Shown piece after piece: positions 59,486 to 64,000 of a stretch of DNA of 64,000 nucleotides; the first letter of the stretch is position 1; every line of letters starts with the position of its first letter. The stretch covers positions 1 through 64,000 of the forward strand of contig NIVC01000845.1 in assembly GCA_002269645.1 (NCBI GenBank), in the 5' to 3' direction. The translations under genes were made by a program, and so were the position numbers. The stretch comes from Macrostomum lignano. Lineage: Eukaryota. The notes under the pieces were generated by a model. That model saw only the letters and a program-made list of their open reading frames with translations. It ran no database searches and was not told where the DNA came from.

Positions 59486-60380
59486 TAGGGGTCACAAAAT
59501 CCCGTAATCTGGCAATCCCGGATTGATATTTTCCAGTACCATATCCTTGTCATAACAGTTTTATGTTATAATAACGCTGCGAATGACATTTTTATAACGC
59601 ATACAGTTAGCTCGTATGGTAACGTAATATTGTAATATATGCATTATATTATGTATAACATATTAGATTAGATTATCTAATATATACAATATACATCATG
59701 TCAAGGGTGTCGCCATGTATTTCATGGTGGGGGGGCAAAGCCAAGAATTCTACATGTACATGTACTGATGTACATTATTTTCTGAATCGGTTTTGTCAGC
59801 GCTCATTTTGGCGCCGCGGGCACTCATTTTAGCGCCGCAGGCACTATATTTTGTCACCCTGAAGCAAAATTATTGAATTTCATAACGGGTCATATGAGGT
59901 TGGGTGGAGGGGGACCGGGGGACAAAGCATTGGCATGTCCCCCCCACAACGTTTACATTATGTATCGCGCGCTGTCATGATTGATTACTATGCAAAGCAA
60001 TATGAATGTATTACATTCACAACACAATCTACTACTGCCTGGGCAGTGGGTGGGCATTCTCGTTGTCAGATTATCACGACTCACGAGTCACGACACGCAC
60101 GCTGAGTTTAAAATTGAAAATCAACGTTAAATTATTTAAACAAGACTCAATTCAAACAAAATTAAATATTTTACAAAGTGGGCAACGGAGAGTGGACATG
60201 GATACATCTATGTTCCATATTTTAACTAACTGCCATAAGAGACTTGATGTCTAGCTAATTGCTATTATATCAGACATTATAAAAACATAGCATTAACTTT
60301 CCGGGATTTTATGAATCCCGACCCTGTGAATCCCGACCCTGTGAATCCCGGCCCCCGGGATCCCGGGATTGTGACCCCTA
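59486..60380. mobile_element. Non-autonomous hAT-type DNA transposon containing a nested MITE fragment
   Basis: TIR TAGGGGTCACAA(A)ATCCC...GGGATTGTGACCCCTA. Perfect 8-bp TSD GAAGCGAA at 59478-59485 and 60381-60388. Subterminal AATCCCG repeats. Confidence 0.88.
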
Positions 60381-61139
60381 GAAGCGAAGCGACCGCCTCC
60401 ACCCTTAAATCCGCCCCTGGTGTGCGCACCTTTATCCGATAGTCTAAATAGCGGTTTGGCTTTATCTATATAATAAGCAGCTAATGAAGCAAAGCTTCGA
60501 TGAGTCGGTCTCTCCTAGTTAAGTTCATGTTGGATTAGATTAGAATTACCAACTGTGCAGCCGAGAATCTGGCATTGAATTTTAAGGCAAATATGATCTA
60601 TCTATCTAGATGTTACTTAAAACTTAACTATAATATTTATTAATGATACAATAATGGCTAATGCTCCGTGAAAATGCACAACTTGCTCATTCCCAGCTTT
60701 GAAATTTCACAATAGAATTGTTTGCGTTTGCGTGCAGTCGCATGCAGTCATGCAGCACAGGCCTCTTTCACGTCTTCCTGAATCCTGACTATTAAAGATC
60801 ATCAACATCGAGATTGATCTAATGATCTATATTAATAAATAGCAACTTAACCAAGTGGAGTAAAATACCGTACACTACTATACACTTAATACAGGAAAAC
60901 TTGCGAAAGTTCTACTAATCTTCATCTGCATCTGTATGGATTATGGACATGGAAGGTCGTTAGTTTATATTTTATCAGTTAAAAAAGAAAGTTTGAGACT
61001 GAGTGACTCGTCTCTGGTATTGTTAAAGTAAGCAAGTAAAGTTTAAAGTAATACAAGCGTATAATCGTAGTGAAAAGTACACTACGAGTATTTTAGCATA
61101 TAATAGGATAGACAAATACAGTATACTCGCCTGGATTAC

Positions 61140-61229
61140 ATCGACAAAGTTAAAGCAGTCGCTTCTCTTTAGGATCGGCCTGCCGCGCTTGTTGTCTAGC
61201 GAATCCGAGCGGTTTGAGTGGCTGTACAT
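61140..61229 (-). CDS. Candidate first coding exon of the RBFOX gene (MYSHSNRSDSLDNKRGRPILKRSDCFNFVD)
   Basis: Acceptor cttctgcag lies 16 nt upstream of the ATG. Ends GAT|gtaatc in phase 0, which fits exon 55771. No homology support. Confidence 0.35.
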
Positions 61230-62189
61230 TTTCTACGCGTTCTAACTGCAGAAGCCGTTATGCTCCTCTGACTTTGGAAGTCGTCTTGGTATTATTAAGC
61301 TTGTCTCAGTTAATTAATTCTACAGAGATTCAGTTTAAATAAGCTGGTTTTTTTTTCTTTGACGCCCTTCCCAAGGCTTCCAGTTTGGCAAGTGGGGTGG
61401 CGTGGGGGTGGCGAGACCCGCTTTGGGTGAGAGAGAGGAGATTTTACCTTCTGCCCCATGTAGCCAATGAAATCGCTGCCTAGTGCCTAGCAAGGCTGGA
61501 GGGGCAGACTGGGACAGCCAGTACAGGCTTACATTAGCAAGGGGCACTTAACCGCATAGCTGTAATCAGAGCCGTAATAAAAGCTGGCGGTCTCTCTGAT
61601 CATGTGCTTTGGTTATAATATAGGAAAATCTCACAACGGGCCCATCGGTCTCGCCTTTGAAGATTAGACGGTGTGAAAGTCTAGTTTAAATTGTTATCTT
61701 TCGTTTGAACTTGAATTTTCTTCATTTTATAGATAGGTTGAACTGGTAAAGCCCATAATAATGGTTCAGAGGTTCTTTAACTTTCCCATTTACCCTGCCC
61801 TGACTAAAAGCTGGCCAATATCTTATGTATAATTTACAAGCTATTAATTAAAATCAACAAAATTGAGCAATTATAAAACCTAATTAACCTTACTTAATTA
61901 GCCACTTCACCGCTTACCACTGGGAGGATATGTGATATGTGGTCAGAGTCAGACTGACTGTCTGATGAAGTGATGTGAATCGTGATTGCTAAAAAGTCTG
62001 AAAAGTTCACAATGCACTGAAATAAAAATTTTTGTTCTAAGAAAATATGGCAATATAGAAATTATGACGCAATGTGATGCGTCCCTTTTCTCCCTTTTCT
62101 GGGAAGTTAAGGGGTGACTTTCTGAGAAGTGACGGGTCTTTCTGGAAGTGAAGGGTCTTTCTGGGAAGTGAAAGTTGTCTTTCGGAAAA

Positions 62190-63245
62190 AAGCAGGGTGT
62201 CTGGGAAGTGAAGGGACTGTCTTCCTGGGAAATGAAGAGGTGTCTTTCTGGGAAATGAAGGGGTTTCTTCCTGGATTTGAAGGGGTGGGTGTCTTTCTGG
62301 GAAATGAAGGGGTGTCTTCCTGGGAAATGAAGGCGTGTCTTTCTGAGAAATGAGGGGGTGTCTTCCTGGGAAATGAAGGGGTGCCTTCCTGGGAAATGAA
62401 GGGATTGTCTTCCTGGGAAATGAAGGCGTGTCTTCCTGGGAAATGAAGGGGTGTCTTCCTGGGAAATGAAGGGGTTTCTTCCTGGGAAATGAAGGGGTGT
62501 CTTCCTGGGAAATGAAGGGGTGTCTTCCTGGGAAATGAAGGCGTGTCTTCCTGGGAAATGAAGGGGTGTCTTCCTGGGAAATGAAGGGGTGTCTTCCTGG
62601 GAAATGAAGGGGTGTCTTCCTAGGAAATGAAGGGGTGTCTTCCTGGGAAATGAAGGGGTGTCTTCCTGGGAAATGAAGGGGCGTCTTCCTAGGAAATGAA
62701 GGGGCGTCTTCCTAGGAAATGAAGGGGTGTCTTCCTGGGAAATGAAGGGGTGTCTTCCTGGGAAATGAAGGGGCGTCTTCCTAGGAAATGAAGGGGTGTC
62801 TTCCTGGGAAATGAAGGGGTGTCTTCCTGGGAAATGAAGGGGCGTCTTCCTAGGAAATGAAGGGGTGTCTTTCTGAGAAATGAAGGGGTGTCTTTCTGGG
62901 AAATGAAGGGGTGTCTTCCTGGGAAATGAAGGGATTGTCTTCCTGGGAAATGAAGGCGTGTCTTCCTGGGAAATAAAGGGGTTTCTTCCTGGGAAATGAA
63001 GGGGCGTCTTCCTAGGAAATGAAGGGGTGTCTTCCTGGGAAATGAAGGGGTGTCTTCCTGGGAAATGAAGGGGTGTCTTCCTGGGAAATGAAGGGGTGTC
63101 TTTCTGGGAAATGAAGGGGTGTCTTCCTGGGAAATGAAGGGGTGTCTTCCTGGGAAATGAAGGGGTGTCTTCCTGGGAAATGAAGGGGTGTCTTCCTGGG
63201 AAATGAAGGGGTGTCTTCCTGGGAAGGGAAGCCAAGGGTGTCTTC
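62190..63245. repeat. 23-bp minisatellite (GTCTTCCTGGGAAATGAAGGGGT)
   Basis: ~1-kb array. Confidence 0.95.
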
Positions 63246-63312
63246 TGAGTAGTGAAGGTGTCTTTCTGGCAATTGATGACTGTGAAGTGTTAAAATGATA
63301 CATATTTTTGGC

Positions 63313-63700
63313 CAGTGTTGGGCAAGTTACTCAAAAAAAGTAAACTTACGTTAGCCTAGTAACTTTGAACAAAAACCCGGTAACTTTTAAGTTACTTCCG
63401 TTACTTACTTCCGTTACCTATGTTATAAACAAAATTTTCTGCTTTTTTAACATTGCAAATGTGCTGGAACAGCACAAATGATCGCGAAAGCCAGAAGGAA
63501 AAATACAACAAAATTAATTTCAGTAACTGTATTAAATTTTAATCACTTTAGGCCCTTTCCGTAAAAAGAAGAGAAGCTGAAGGTCAGAAACGTTAAAGGC
63601 AAAACGCAATTTAATTTTTAATAACATTATAAGTTATAATACACAAGGACAACTTAACGTAACTTCAGTTGTCCTTGATAATACATCGCTCGTAATAAGT
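63313..63700. mobile_element. Left end of a CAGTGTTGGGC-type hAT-like element
   Basis: The terminus matches the right TIR of the 39607-40448 element (reverse-complemented) over 11 bp, followed by GTAAC/GTTAC subterminal repeats. No right end is seen, so the end coordinate is approximate. Confidence 0.45.
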
Positions 63701-64000
63701 ACCTGGCTTTACTCCACTCTACAGTCTGCTTTACTAGTCTTTTTATTTTCAATTATTTGAAATTTTTTTCAATTTTTTCAATTATTTTTCAATTCATTAA
63801 TATTAAATTATTGTGCAGTGCAGTGCAGTGCCAGTGGACTTTAGTGGTGTAGCCAGGGAGGCCGCCTTAACAATCGTTGGGGCGGCAACTTCACCCCACC
63901 TGCAAGACACCCCACCAGGGGGGGGTGGGGTTGGGCGTGGCGGGTGCATGAGGCATGGCCAGCCAGGCCAACCCGCCCCCCCCCCCAATTAAAATTCCTG

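Noticed and set aside
61949-63303. 428-aa and 204-aa minus-strand ORFs
   Set aside because: Artefacts of the 23-bp repeat.

Overview
Eukaryotic, intron-rich genomic scaffold from an animal, with one assembly gap (N-run 34870-35314). GC-rich exons are separated by introns that are mostly filled with minisatellites. That architecture and the gene set suggest an invertebrate with motile cilia such as the flatworm Macrostomum; this is inference, not verified. Five spliced or intronless genes are recognisable from protein motifs: the 3' part of HYDIN (+, 1135-20837), an intronless glutaminyl cyclase (+, 23873-24919), an adiponectin receptor/PAQR gene (-, 32376-34180, with a 5' part across the gap), IQCK (+, 42754-45098) and an RBFOX/Fox-1 RRM gene (-, 48581-55771, possible first exon 61140-61229). 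About 27 different tandem arrays are present. Mobile DNA includes three non-autonomous hAT-type elements with 8-bp target duplications, a TIR MITE family in two copies, two insertions with long (16 and 21 bp) target duplications, and nested insertions at 58.8-60.4 kb. A degenerate hammerhead-ribozyme-like motif sits in a HYDIN intron. I found no CRISPR array, rRNA, intact tRNA or intact transposase/RT. I cannot demonstrate a wholly new system. The best leads are the hammerhead-like motif, the private minisatellite in nearly every intron, lineage-specific HYDIN cassette exons and inserts, the inverted repeats bracketing the last HYDIN exons, and RBFOX RRM substitutions. Human-protein comparisons are from memory and should be confirmed by alignment.
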